64,000 nucleotides of DNA. Source: an uncultured Chitinophagales bacterium (GTDB lineage: Bacteria; Bacteroidota; Bacteroidia; Chitinophagales; JADIYW01). The number at the start of each line of letters is the position of its first letter. Position 1 is the first letter of the stretch. The position numbers and the translations under genes were made by a program. Positions 32,002 to 41,798 of the stretch are shown in pieces. The notes under the pieces were generated by a model, which saw only the letters and a program-made list of their open reading frames with translations, searched no databases and was not told the DNA's origin. The stretch is from NCBI GenBank assembly GCA_964507125.1, contig CAZDOT010000001.1:47559-111558 (forward strand), written 5' to 3'.

Positions 32002-33903
32002 TTATAATTTTAATATTAAAAATAACAGTAAAACAATCATGCTAAACACCATCGCACCTACATAAAAACCTAAACCACCGGTTTGTGTTAATCGCAATAA
32101 CTGACTCCAATTTACTACTGAATTTCCAATTCCATTTACCACTGCATCAATACCGGAACGCTCTATATAATCACGTAGGAAACCTGAAATTTTATTTAAT
32201 GGTTTTACGATAACCGCTTCATAAATTTCATCTATATAATACTTGTAATAAATAACTTCTTTTAATAATGGCATTGCTGCTTCATCACTTTGCGGTATCG
32301 ATTTTTTAGTAATAAAAATATTTCTTGCCAAGATGATTACAACTGCAATTAGCACTAAAGTTATTGCCATTAATAGCAACTCTGTATTTAGATGCATCTC
32401 AACATTGTTTGGTTTTACGGCATTTGCCAAGAAACTATCTAACCAATGATGGATGTGCAATTCATGACCTAATGCGTGTGGAAACCCAATAAAACCGCCT
32501 ATTACAGACAAAACTGCTAATATAGACAATGGAATAGTCATGCTTTTAGGTGATTCGTGTACATGATTTTTCACAATATCATTCGCTCTTGTTTCTCCAT
32601 AAAACGTTAAGAATAACAAACGGAACATATAGAAAACCGTCAATAAAGAAACCAATAATGCCAATACAAACATGATTTTATTGACAGCAAATATTTCTGC
32701 TAACATTTGATCTTTAGAGAAGAAACCGGCAAATGGCGGAATACCGGAAATAGCGATAGTAGCAATTAAAAATGTGTAAAATGTGATCGGCATTTTCTTT
32801 CTCAAGCCGCCCATATTTCTGATGTCTTGGTCGCCACTCATTCCGTGAATAACGCTTCCGGCACCTAAGAATAATAATGCTTTAAAAAAGGCGTGTGTAA
32901 CAACGTGAAAAACACCAGCTGAAAATGCACCACAACCCAATGCACAAAATATTAAACCTAATTGTGATACCGTTGAATAGGCTAAAACTTTTTTAATATC
33001 ATTTTGGAATAATGCGATGGATGCCGATAATAATGCCGTTGCAATACCGATGATTGCAATAGCATGCATTGTGTAAGTAGATAAAGAAAACAAGGCACTA
33101 CAACGTGCAACTAAATAAATGCCGGCTGTTACCATTGTAGCTGCATGTATTAATGCAGAAACCGGCGTTGGGCCTGCCATTGCATCGGGTAACCACGTAA
33201 ATAATGGAATTTGTGCCGACTTACCTACTGCACCAATAAATAATAAGATAGTAATCCAAGTTATTAATTTTCCATCCACTACTACATTGCCTACTTGTGC
33301 AAAAACTTCGTGGTAATTGATGCTTCCAAATACACCAAAAATCAAGATAGTTCCTAACAAGAAACCAAAATCACCGATACGGTTCATTACAAATGCTTTT
33401 TTGGCTGCACTTGCATAATTGGAATTTCTAAACCAAAATCCGATTAATAAATAGGAACACAAACCAACACCTTCCCAACCGATAAACATCAATAAGAAAT
33501 TATCACCCAACACTAACAACAACATAAAGAAAACAAACAGATTTAAGTAAGAAAAATATCTGTTGTAATCTTTTTCATCGTGCATATATCCGGTTGAATA
33601 AACGTGAATTAAAAATCCGACACCGGTAATTACTAAGGTAAATAAGATGGAAAGTGCATCTACTAAAAAAGAAAAATCTGCATGGAACTCACCTACTTTA
33701 AACCATGTAAACAACGGTACTGTTACTGCTTGCGGATGAGAAATTTGTCCGGCAAAAATGAGTAATGCCACCACGAAAGAAGCTAAAACGCTTCCGGGTG
33801 CTAAGTATGTTGTGATGCTTTTAGGCAATCGGCTACCGGATAAAGATATTATCAAGAAGCTGATTAATGGAAATAAAGGAATGAGATATATGAGATGTTC
33901 CAT
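32002..33903 (-). CDS. nuoL: NADH-quinone oxidoreductase subunit L
   Basis: 633 aa. Motifs include GWEGVGLCSYLLIGFW, GKSAQIPLFTWLPDAMAGPTPVSALIHAATMVTAG, and a C-terminal lateral-helix region. Confidence 0.92.
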   Translation of the reverse strand: MEHLIYLIPLFPLISFLIISLSGSRLPKSITTYLAPGSVLASFVVALLIFAGQISHPQAVTVPLFTWFKVGEFHADFSFLVDALSILFTLVITGVGFLIHVYSTGYMHDEKDYNRYFSYLNLFVFFMLLLVLGDNFLLMFIGWEGVGLCSYLLIGFWFRNSNYASAAKKAFVMNRIGDFGFLLGTILIFGVFGSINYHEVFAQVGNVVVDGKLITWITILLFIGAVGKSAQIPLFTWLPDAMAGPTPVSALIHAATMVTAGIYLVARCSALFSLSTYTMHAIAIIGIATALLSASIALFQNDIKKVLAYSTVSQLGLIFCALGCGAFSAGVFHVVTHAFFKALLFLGAGSVIHGMSGDQDIRNMGGLRKKMPITFYTFLIATIAISGIPPFAGFFSKDQMLAEIFAVNKIMFVLALLVSLLTVFYMFRLLFLTFYGETRANDIVKNHVHESPKSMTIPLSILAVLSVIGGFIGFPHALGHELHIHHWLDSFLANAVKPNNVEMHLNTELLLMAITLVLIAVVIILARNIFITKKSIPQSDEAAMPLLKEVIYYKYYIDEIYEAVIVKPLNKISGFLRDYIERSGIDAVVNGIGNSVVNWSQLLRLTQTGGLGFYVGAMVFSMIVLLLFLILKL

Positions 33904-33911
33904 TATTTAGT

Positions 33912-34793
33912 TTAATTTTTAATTTCTAACAATTTAAAGAACTCATCTAATTTCGGCATAATGATGATTTCTGTTCTTCTGTTGATGGCTTTATTTACTT
34001 TAGAATCATTCGGAACTTTTGTGTTGTACTCTGAGCGACCACCTGCAATAATGCGAGAAGGATCAACGCCATAGCTTTTTTGTAAAGCACGTGCGATAGA
34101 GGTTGCACGCATTACACTTAAATCCCAATTATCGATTAAACAATTCGTAGCAATCGGTACATTATCGGTGTTGCCTTCAATCAACACATCAAATGTTTTG
34201 TAATCGTTGATTACTTTTGCAATTTTTTCTAAAACAGAACCCGCTTTTGAGGAAATTTGTGCACTACCGGATTTATACAACATATTATCTGACAAAGAAA
34301 TTAATACCACACCTTTATCTACTTTCACATTTACATCGGTATCGTTTACATCCGCCAAAGAGCGTTTTAAGTTCATCACCAATACTAAATTCACGGAATC
34401 TTTCGTACGAATTTGTGCATTTAACAACGAGATTTCTCCACGTTGTTTATCTATTGTTTCTAATGATTGTTTGATGCTGGCTGCACCTTCTTTGCTAATT
34501 ACGGATAAGGCTGATAATTGATCTAACAATTTTACATTCGCATTTTTTTGATAGTCGATTTCTTTTGATAATTCATCCACTTTTGCTTTTGCTTTAGATA
34601 GTTCATCTTGCAATGCGGCATATTCAGAAGATTTTATTCCAAATTTTTTCTCACATTCTGCTAAATCTGATGTGGTTTGTCTTAACGACTGCTCTACTTT
34701 GTCTTTTTCTGTTTGTGTAGCTTGGAATTTTTTCTTTGTTACACAAGATGAAAGTGCCACAACACACATTACGATTAATCCAATTTTTTTCAT
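33912..34793 (-). CDS. OmpA/MotB-domain lipoprotein with an N-terminal coiled coil, embedded between nuoK and nuoL
   Basis: Start set at ATG 34793 (MKKIGLIVMCVVALSSC lipobox). A coiled-coil segment follows. The C-terminal peptidoglycan-binding OmpA-like domain reads IEGNTDNVPI...NWDLSVMRATSIARAL...NRRTEIII. Gaps are 26 nt to nuoK and 8 nt to nuoL. Confidence 0.8.
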   Translation of the reverse strand: MKKIGLIVMCVVALSSCVTKKKFQATQTEKDKVEQSLRQTTSDLAECEKKFGIKSSEYAALQDELSKAKAKVDELSKEIDYQKNANVKLLDQLSALSVISKEGAASIKQSLETIDKQRGEISLLNAQIRTKDSVNLVLVMNLKRSLADVNDTDVNVKVDKGVVLISLSDNMLYKSGSAQISSKAGSVLEKIAKVINDYKTFDVLIEGNTDNVPIATNCLIDNWDLSVMRATSIARALQKSYGVDPSRIIAGGRSEYNTKVPNDSKVNKAINRRTEIIIMPKLDEFFKLLEIKN

Positions 34794-34819
34794 TGTTATA
34801 AATTTACTATTCAAAATAA

Positions 34820-35140
34820 TTACCACTTCAATCTATTTAAAGTATCAATATCGGTTGATTTGGTATTACGGAAAATCATCATTAAAATTGCTAACCCTAC
34901 AGAAACTTCGGCTGCGGCAACCACCATCACAAAAAAGACAAAAACTTGTCCGCCGGTATCGCCTAAATATCTGGAAAATGCGACCATTAATAAATTGACC
35001 GCATTCAGCATAAGCTCAATACACATAAAAATGATGATGGCATTTCGTCTAAACAACACACCTAAAACACCGATACAAAACAAGGTAATACTTAGAAAAA
35101 TATACCATTGAATTGGGATGCCTATTATTACTTCTTTCAT
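34820..35140 (-). CDS. nuoK: NADH-quinone oxidoreductase subunit K
   Basis: 106 aa with three TM helices. [11 protein letters not shown] and [12 protein letters not shown] motifs are typical of NuoK. Confidence 0.9.
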   Translation of the reverse strand: MKEVIIGIPIQWYIFLSITLFCIGVLGVLFRRNAIIIFMCIELMLNAVNLLMVAFSRYLGDTGGQVFVFFVMVVAAAEVSVGLAILMMIFRNTKSTDIDTLNRLKW

Positions 35141-35173
35141 AACTTTATTTATACTTCTGTATTGAAATGAATT

Positions 35174-35677
35174 TTAATGAATTTCTTTTTTACTTAAGAA
35201 AACAGCACCTACCATTGCCGACAAAAACAAGATAGATGAAATTTCAAAAGGCAACATATATTCCTTAAACAATGTTTTTCCTAAGTTGTCCATCAATCCT
35301 ATATTGCTATTTCTCGCAGCTGGCAACATATTCACTTCTGCACCATTTACTAATGCCGTTAAACTCAACAACAATAAACCGGCAGCCACGGCAGCGGCAA
35401 CTTTTGGTATGTTTTTTTTATGTGGTTCAATATCTTTATTTAAGTTCAACATCATAATTACATATAAGAACAACACCATAATGGCACCTGCATATACAAT
35501 GATATGAACTACTGCTAAAAATTGAGCGTTTAATAAAAGATAATGGCCGGCAATGGCAAAAAACGTAATGATAAGATACAATACGGAATGCACCGGATTT
35601 TTATCCAAAATCAACATCAATGCACTGATGATAGCCACAAACGATAAAAAGAGAAATATATATTGTGATAAGAGCAT
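35174..35677 (-). CDS. nuoJ: NADH-quinone oxidoreductase subunit J
   Basis: The NPVHSVLYLIITFF and FLAVVHIIVYAGAIMVLFL segments are typical of NuoJ. Operon position supports the call. Confidence 0.88.
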   Translation of the reverse strand: MLLSQYIFLFLSFVAIISALMLILDKNPVHSVLYLIITFFAIAGHYLLLNAQFLAVVHIIVYAGAIMVLFLYVIMMLNLNKDIEPHKKNIPKVAAAVAAGLLLLSLTALVNGAEVNMLPAARNSNIGLMDNLGKTLFKEYMLPFEISSILFLSAMVGAVFLSKKEIH

Positions 35678-35736
35678 TTTATTTTCTGATTAATGTATGA
35701 ATTATTTATTCCAAATTGTTATCAAAAAAAATCGTA

Positions 35737-36351
35737 TTAATGATGTTTTTTAGGTTTAATTTGTTTTTGAATATCGTCCCAAGTTTGATTATGAAAATGT
35801 CTTTTATCTTTTTTAAATTCTAAAACAGCTGCTGTTTGGCGTTTGCTCACATCTACTCTATTTTGAACATCTTCCACTAATTTATCTTTGCCATACACCA
35901 TATCTTTTCTGTTCACATCTACCGGAACAATTCTATCTGTTAGGAAAATGGCTTCTTTTGGACACGCTTCTTCACACAAGCCACAAAAAATACAACGCAA
36001 CATATTAATCTCATATACGGTTGCATATTTTTCTTCACGATATAAATGCTCTTCTCCTTTTTTGCGTTCTGCCGATTCCATTGTAATGGCTTCTGCCGGA
36101 CAAGCCACTGCACATAAGCCACAAGCGGTACAACGCTCTGCACCTTGCTCATCGCGTTTTAAAACGTGCTGACCTCTAAATGTAGCCGATAATTCTCTTT
36201 TTACTTCCGGATACTTTACGGTTGCCGGTTTTTTAAAAAGATGTTTTAACGTAATCACCATTCCATCCGTAATAGCGGGCAGATATAGCTTTTCTGCCAA
36301 AGACATTTCTTTTTTTACTACAACTCGCTTTCTATTCGTTAACTGCATCAT
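35737..36351 (-). CDS. nuoI: NADH-quinone oxidoreductase subunit I
   Basis: Two 4Fe-4S ferredoxin motifs, CTACGLCAVACP and CIFCGLCEEACP. It has a basic C-terminal tail. Confidence 0.9.
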   Translation of the reverse strand: MMQLTNRKRVVVKKEMSLAEKLYLPAITDGMVITLKHLFKKPATVKYPEVKRELSATFRGQHVLKRDEQGAERCTACGLCAVACPAEAITMESAERKKGEEHLYREEKYATVYEINMLRCIFCGLCEEACPKEAIFLTDRIVPVDVNRKDMVYGKDKLVEDVQNRVDVSKRQTAAVLEFKKDKRHFHNQTWDDIQKQIKPKKHH

Positions 36352-36411
36352 TAGTTGTTAGTTTGTCATTTATTATTATTTAATAGCTTAAGCTATCAAA
36401 TTGTTTATCTT

Positions 36412-37446
36412 TTATACTTTACCTAAAGCATACATCAATACACCTGTAATCAATATATTAAAAATGGCCAAAGGTATCAATACTTTCCAACCTAAATTCA
36501 TCAATTGGTCGTATCTAAAACGTGGAATCGTCCAACGAACCCACATAAAAAAGAAAATACCAAAAAGTACTTTCGTAAAGAAACAACCAAATTGTAAAAT
36601 GGATAAAATATTTCCATCAATATATTGTGCAATGTAATTTTGAAACGGCAAGTTATATCCACCAAAATACAATGTCATGATAATAGCAGATGAAATAAAC
36701 ATATTGATATATTCCGCAAAAAGATAAAATCCTAATTTCATGGAAGAGTATTCGGTGTGATAGCCACCTACTAACTCTGTTTCACATTCCGGCAAGTCGA
36801 ATGGTGCACGGTTAGTTTCTGCAAATGCACATATAATAAAAATCAAACAACCTAAAGGTTGATAAATAAAATTCACCCAATTGCCACTCTGTTGTGTTAC
36901 AATTTCGCGCAAGCTAAGTGTTCCGGTTGTCATCACCAAAGCTACAATGGCTAATCCCATTGCTATTTCGTAGCTAATCATTTGGGAAGATGCACGCAAT
37001 GCACCCAACATAGAATATTTGTTATTGGAAGCCCAACCGCCAATCATAATTCCATATACACCAAAAGACACAACACCAAAAATGTACAATATTCCAATAT
37101 TGATGTCTGTAATTTGCAATGGAAACACCATATTTCCGATAGTGATATCGCCGCCCCAAGGAATAACAACACCTGTCATTAAAGCGGTTAGCATGGCCAA
37201 ACTTGGCCCAAGTATAAACAAAAATTTATTGGAAACAGTTGGAATAATTTCTTCTTTCATAAACATTTTCAAACCATCTGCTAAAGGTTGCAAAACGCCG
37301 AAAGGACCAGCTCTATCTGGCCCAACTCTATCTTGCATAAAGGCAGCTACTTTTCGTTCACCATAAGTGGAATAAGCCGCAACGCCTAATGAAATAGCAA
37401 AAACAACTAATACTAAGATGGCTTTATATAGAATGAAAATTTCCAT
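36412..37446 (-). CDS. nuoH: NADH-quinone oxidoreductase subunit H
   Basis: GERKVAAFMQDRVGPDRAGPFGVLQPLADGLK and RAPFDLPECETELVGGYHTEYS are NuoH/ND1 hallmarks. Confidence 0.92.
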   Translation of the reverse strand: MEIFILYKAILVLVVFAISLGVAAYSTYGERKVAAFMQDRVGPDRAGPFGVLQPLADGLKMFMKEEIIPTVSNKFLFILGPSLAMLTALMTGVVIPWGGDITIGNMVFPLQITDINIGILYIFGVVSFGVYGIMIGGWASNNKYSMLGALRASSQMISYEIAMGLAIVALVMTTGTLSLREIVTQQSGNWVNFIYQPLGCLIFIICAFAETNRAPFDLPECETELVGGYHTEYSSMKLGFYLFAEYINMFISSAIIMTLYFGGYNLPFQNYIAQYIDGNILSILQFGCFFTKVLFGIFFFMWVRWTIPRFRYDQLMNLGWKVLIPLAIFNILITGVLMYALGKV

Positions 37447-37525
37447 TTTTTTATTTTACTATTTGTATCTTTTATACAATTTCAATCGCACTTTTTTATC
37501 AAAATAAATAACACACTTAGCGCTT

Positions 37526-38557
37526 TTATCTTTGAATATTATTCGGATTTAACGCACCTTCTCCTAAATCAATTTTTACTCCGGTTAAATGTTTGATTTG
37601 TCTTTTTATACCTAATTTAATTTGTTGTAATTCGTAATGATTTTGATTAATAACAGAATGATGTGAAATTTTGCTTGGACCTTCAATCACCCAATCATTC
37701 GCACTTTTCTTATCAAAACGGCAAGTATTACAAATAAAGCTTTCTGCTTCGCCCCATTGGTCTTTACGGCTGGTAACGCGCAATACATCATCTCCTTTAA
37801 ACCACAAACGCACTTTTCCGGTACAGCCTTCTGTTGTACAATCGCGGTGTGCATCTACCGGTTTGGTAAACCACACTCTACTTTTAAAACGGAAAGTTCT
37901 ATCGGTTAATGCACCCACCGGACAAACATCAATTACATTTCCTGAAAAATCATTATCAATAGCTTTTTCGATATATGTAGAGATTTCTGACTCGAATCCA
38001 CGATACAACATACCATGTACTCTATTGTCTGTAATCTGATCGCACACTTTCACGCATCTGTAACACATGATGCAGCGATTCATGTTTAATTTTACTTTGT
38101 CACCAATATCAATTGGTTCGTATACTCTTTTAGGAAATTGGAAACGAGAACCTTCATCACCATTTTCATAACTTAAATCTTGCAAATGGCATTCTCCGGC
38201 TTGATCGCACACCGGACAATCCAACGGATGATTAATCAACAAAAACTCTACTACACCGGCACGTGCTTCTAACAATTCCGGCGAAGTATTATTTTTCACT
38301 ACCATGCCTTCCATTACATTGGTGCGGCAACTTGCCACCGGTTTCGGCATTGGTCTCGGGTCTTTTTCTGAGCCTTGTGTAACACTTACTATGCAGGTTC
38401 TGCAATATCCACCGGTTGCTTTTAATTTGGAATAATAGCACATGGTTGGCGGTGCTGTATGAGTACCATATTTCTCATCTATCATTCTTGCTGCTTGCAA
38501 TATGGTAGTACCGTCCGGAACTTCTATGGTAATATCGTCTATCGTAACTTTAGCCAT
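37526..38557 (-). CDS. nuoG: NADH-quinone oxidoreductase subunit G (short, Fe-S-domain-only form)
   Basis: Start set at ATG 38557 (MAKVTIDDITIEVPDG). The ORF-track start at 38581 is TTG. 2Fe-2S and 4Fe-4S cysteine clusters are present (CYYSKLKATGGYCRTC; HPLDCPVCDQAGEC; CIMCYRCVKVC; CPVGAL). There is no molybdopterin-like C-terminal domain. Confidence 0.85.
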   Translation of the reverse strand: MAKVTIDDITIEVPDGTTILQAARMIDEKYGTHTAPPTMCYYSKLKATGGYCRTCIVSVTQGSEKDPRPMPKPVASCRTNVMEGMVVKNNTSPELLEARAGVVEFLLINHPLDCPVCDQAGECHLQDLSYENGDEGSRFQFPKRVYEPIDIGDKVKLNMNRCIMCYRCVKVCDQITDNRVHGMLYRGFESEISTYIEKAIDNDFSGNVIDVCPVGALTDRTFRFKSRVWFTKPVDAHRDCTTEGCTGKVRLWFKGDDVLRVTSRKDQWGEAESFICNTCRFDKKSANDWVIEGPSKISHHSVINQNHYELQQIKLGIKRQIKHLTGVKIDLGEGALNPNNIQR

Positions 38558-38570
38558 ATCAAATAAACTA

Positions 38571-38578
38571 CAAAAATA
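38571..38578 (-). promoter_or_regulatory. -7 box (TATTTTTG on minus strand) upstream of nuoG; possible internal operon promoter
   Basis: TAnnTTTG match 13 nt upstream of the ATG at 38557. It lies after the 195-bp gap that follows the inserted monooxygenase gene. Confidence 0.35.
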
Positions 38579-38776
38579 CAATACTATTATGATTAAAGCT
38601 AAAAAGTAGATGAAATAAATTCATTTAAAAACACTTTAATTGTGCATGATTTTACAAAAGGTTGAAAACTTTTTTGCAAAATTGAATATTGCATCAAATG
38701 CTTATGATTTGAATCAGAAAAATTGCAATTTTTCTATAAAATGCAAACTATATTAACATAAAAAATTAGCAGAAAA

Positions 38777-40255
38777 TTAATGATACTGATAATGATTTAA
38801 ATCAGAATGTTCGCTGAATTTCTTGGACTTTGCAACACTCAAAGGACGGAGAAAAGGTGCATCACCAAACTTGTCGAAATAATAAGAATTAGACGTGGAA
38901 CAATTATTATTAAAAAACACGGTATTCTCTTGATATTTTAAGATGTATTTAAAATATTTATCGTGTTCGGCTTGTTTAATTTCTACTTGTTGAACTTTTC
39001 TTTTTCGCTTCTCTTTCAACACTCGAATAATATGTGACATCTGAATTTCTATCATATTAAACCACGACAATCCGGAAGCACTATACGGCCCGAAAATGAT
39101 AAAGAAATTGGGAAAATTCGGTATGGCACAACCTTGATAGGCTTGCAATCTATTTTGCCCCCAATAAGCACCTAATTCCATTTTGTTTTTTCCATATAAT
39201 TCATAGTTGAGATAGTTGCTATTTTTCATTACATGAAAACCAGTTGCTGCAATCAGTACATCTATTTTTCTTTCTATACCATCATTGGTTACAATTCCAT
39301 TTGCCGAAATTTCTTGTATGGGTGATGTTACTAATTCTACATTTTTTCTATTAAAAGATGAAAGATATGTATTGGAAAAACTTGGCCGTTTACATCCGAA
39401 ACCATATTTAGGCGTGAGTTGCTTACGTATGTTTTCATCTTTTACTTGAATTTTTAAAAATTGCAAACAAAATTGCTCTAACGATTTAACTAGAATGGGT
39501 AATTGCTTGTAGTTCACCACTGCCGTAACCAATACGGTTTCCATTATTTTATCTGTTACTTTTCGAATGCCATTTTGGGTAAATGGTAATTTTTGAAATA
39601 GTGTTTTAACAGATGTTGGAATCGTTGTATCCGGCTTCGGCATAATCCAAATTGGTGTACGTTGATATACGAATAATTTCTGAACTTCCGGTGCAATGTT
39701 CGGCACAATTTGTACGCTGGAAGCACCGGTTCCAATGATAGCAACTTTTTTATTTTTTAGTTGTAAATCTTGTTTCCAACGTGCTGTATGCACCAATTCT
39801 CCTTTGAATTTTTCAATGCCTTTTATCTCCGGAAGTTTAGGATCTGTTAATGCACCGGTTGCTGAGATGATGACATTACAAGTAAATGTTTTTCCATTTT
39901 TTGCAATGATAGTCCAAGTGGAATTTTGCTCGTTAAAACTTGCTTTTTCTACATCTACATTAAATCGAAAATTTTCTCTAGTGTCGTATTTATCTACGCA
40001 ATGTTGTGCATATTGATACAACTCATCTCCTTTGGCAAACACCCGATTCCAATTGGGATATTGCTCAAAAGAATAAGAATAGGTGAAAGAAGTAATATCA
40101 ACGGCAATTCCGGGATATTGATTATCTCGCCAAGTGCCTCCAATATCCGATGCTCTTTCTAAAACTAAAAAAGAGAAACCAGCTTTTTTTAATTCGATGG
40201 CAGCACCAATGCCGGAAAATCCGGAACCAATGATTATCACTTCAGCATCTATCAT
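38777..40255 (-). CDS. Flavin-dependent monooxygenase, Baeyer-Villiger (type I BVMO)/FMO-like, inserted between nuoF and nuoG
   Basis: FAD fold IIIGSGFSGIGAA and the GGTWRDNQYPG motif. The BVMO fingerprint FxGxxxHxxxW is present as FKGELVHTARW. A second Rossmann motif is VAIIGTGASSVQ. Confidence 0.8.
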   Translation of the reverse strand: MIDAEVIIIGSGFSGIGAAIELKKAGFSFLVLERASDIGGTWRDNQYPGIAVDITSFTYSYSFEQYPNWNRVFAKGDELYQYAQHCVDKYDTRENFRFNVDVEKASFNEQNSTWTIIAKNGKTFTCNVIISATGALTDPKLPEIKGIEKFKGELVHTARWKQDLQLKNKKVAIIGTGASSVQIVPNIAPEVQKLFVYQRTPIWIMPKPDTTIPTSVKTLFQKLPFTQNGIRKVTDKIMETVLVTAVVNYKQLPILVKSLEQFCLQFLKIQVKDENIRKQLTPKYGFGCKRPSFSNTYLSSFNRKNVELVTSPIQEISANGIVTNDGIERKIDVLIAATGFHVMKNSNYLNYELYGKNKMELGAYWGQNRLQAYQGCAIPNFPNFFIIFGPYSASGLSWFNMIEIQMSHIIRVLKEKRKRKVQQVEIKQAEHDKYFKYILKYQENTVFFNNNCSTSNSYYFDKFGDAPFLRPLSVAKSKKFSEHSDLNHYQYH

Positions 40256-40391
40256 GTTATTTCGTTTCTATAAAAATAAGATAGATTACGCTGAGTATTG
40301 ATATACAAAAGTAAGTTTGTATGCTAATAATTATCCAATCAATTTTAGATTATGAATCTAAATTTCAGGATTTTAAGAAAACAAAAAATAA

Positions 40392-41735
40392 TTATGCTTC
40401 TTGTAAATTATTTAATCGAAAATAGTGCTTTACATCTTTGATAGATTGAGGATTGTTGACGTATTCCTCAAATTCGTGGCGGAAATGACGAATGGCAGCT
40501 GCCACCGGCCAAGATGCGGCATCACCTAACGGACAAATTGTTTTTCCATCAATTTTAGATTGCACATCCCACAACAAATCAATATCCGACATTTTTGCTT
40601 TTCCGGTAATAAAGTTTCGCAATATCATTTCCATCCAGCCTGTACCTTCACGACAAGGTGAGCATTGTCCGCAACTTTCATGTCTATAAAAACGGGCAAA
40701 CGTAAATAAATTCTTTACGATAGAAGTATCTTCATCCATTACAATAAAACCGCCGGAACCTAACATGGTTCCTGTTGCAAAACCACCATCACTTAATGAT
40801 TCATATGTCATCAAACGCGGTTCGCCTTTTGCTGTTTTTAATATCAACTCTGCCGGCAAAATAGGAACAGAAGAACCGCCGGCTACTACAGCTTTTAATT
40901 TTTTTCCATTGCGAATGCCTCCACAATAGGCATCGCTATAAATAAACTCTTCTACCGGAACACCTAATTCTATTTCGTACACACCCGGTTTATTGATATG
41001 TCCGGATGCTGAAATTAATTTAGTTCCTGTTGATTTACCAACACCAATTTTTGAAAATGCTTCACCACCTTCTTGAATAATTGGAACAACATCAGCAATG
41101 GTTTCCACATTATTTACAACGGTAGGGCAACCCCATAATCCGGCTACTGCAGGAAATGGCGGTTTTATTCTTGGGTTTCCTCTTTTTCCTTCTAACGACT
41201 CTAACAAGGCTGTTTCCTCACCGCAGATATATGCACCAGCTCCGGGTTGCACGTATAAATCTAAATCATAACCGGAACCTAAAATATTTTTACCTAATAA
41301 ACCTGCTGCATACGCTTCTTTAATGGCTTTTTGTAAAATTTTGATGATATAATAATACTCGCCGCGCACATAAATGTAAGATGTTTTTGCACCCAAAGCA
41401 TAGCTTGAAATAATCATTCCTTCAATTAAAATATGCGGAATGCGTTCCATTAAATATCTATCTTTAAATGTACCCGGTTCCGATTCATCGGCATTACAAA
41501 CCAAATAACGTGGAACACCTTCCGGCTTTGCCAAGAAACTCCATTTCATTCCGGTTGGGAAACCGGCACCACCTCTACCACGCAATCCTGATTTTTTCAC
41601 TTCTTCCAATACATCGTCAGGTTGCATTGTTTTCAATGCTTTTTCTAAAGCGTTGTATCCTTCGTGTTGACGATAAACTTCAAGTGTATTAATTCCGGGA
41701 ACGTGATCGTATTTTAATAATAGTTTCTTGCTCAT
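40392..41735 (-). CDS. nuoF: NADH-quinone oxidoreductase subunit F
   Basis: The FMN/NADH site GLRGRGGAGFPTGMKW and the 4Fe-4S motif ESCGQCSPCREG. Confidence 0.95.
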   Translation of the reverse strand: MSKKLLLKYDHVPGINTLEVYRQHEGYNALEKALKTMQPDDVLEEVKKSGLRGRGGAGFPTGMKWSFLAKPEGVPRYLVCNADESEPGTFKDRYLMERIPHILIEGMIISSYALGAKTSYIYVRGEYYYIIKILQKAIKEAYAAGLLGKNILGSGYDLDLYVQPGAGAYICGEETALLESLEGKRGNPRIKPPFPAVAGLWGCPTVVNNVETIADVVPIIQEGGEAFSKIGVGKSTGTKLISASGHINKPGVYEIELGVPVEEFIYSDAYCGGIRNGKKLKAVVAGGSSVPILPAELILKTAKGEPRLMTYESLSDGGFATGTMLGSGGFIVMDEDTSIVKNLFTFARFYRHESCGQCSPCREGTGWMEMILRNFITGKAKMSDIDLLWDVQSKIDGKTICPLGDAASWPVAAAIRHFRHEFEEYVNNPQSIKDVKHYFRLNNLQEA

Positions 41736-41798
41736 TTTATCTTGTTTGCAATTCCTCTTTTTTGTTTTGGAAGATATTTCGTTTAAACAATGCTTATT

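Noticed and set aside
37526-38557. nuoG looks truncated (about 343 aa against more than 700-900 aa in Proteobacteria), so a possible pseudogene
   Set aside because: All N-terminal 2Fe-2S and 4Fe-4S cysteine motifs are intact and the ORF ends cleanly. To my knowledge the short, molybdopterin-domain-less NuoG is the normal form in Bacteroidota. It is not decay.
40344-40362. Hairpin TTTAGATT-ATG-AATCTAAA after nuoF, considered as a terminator
   Set aside because: The stem is AT-only with a 3-nt loop and no following T-run on the coding strand. At best it is a weak pause site, so it is not listed as a terminator feature.
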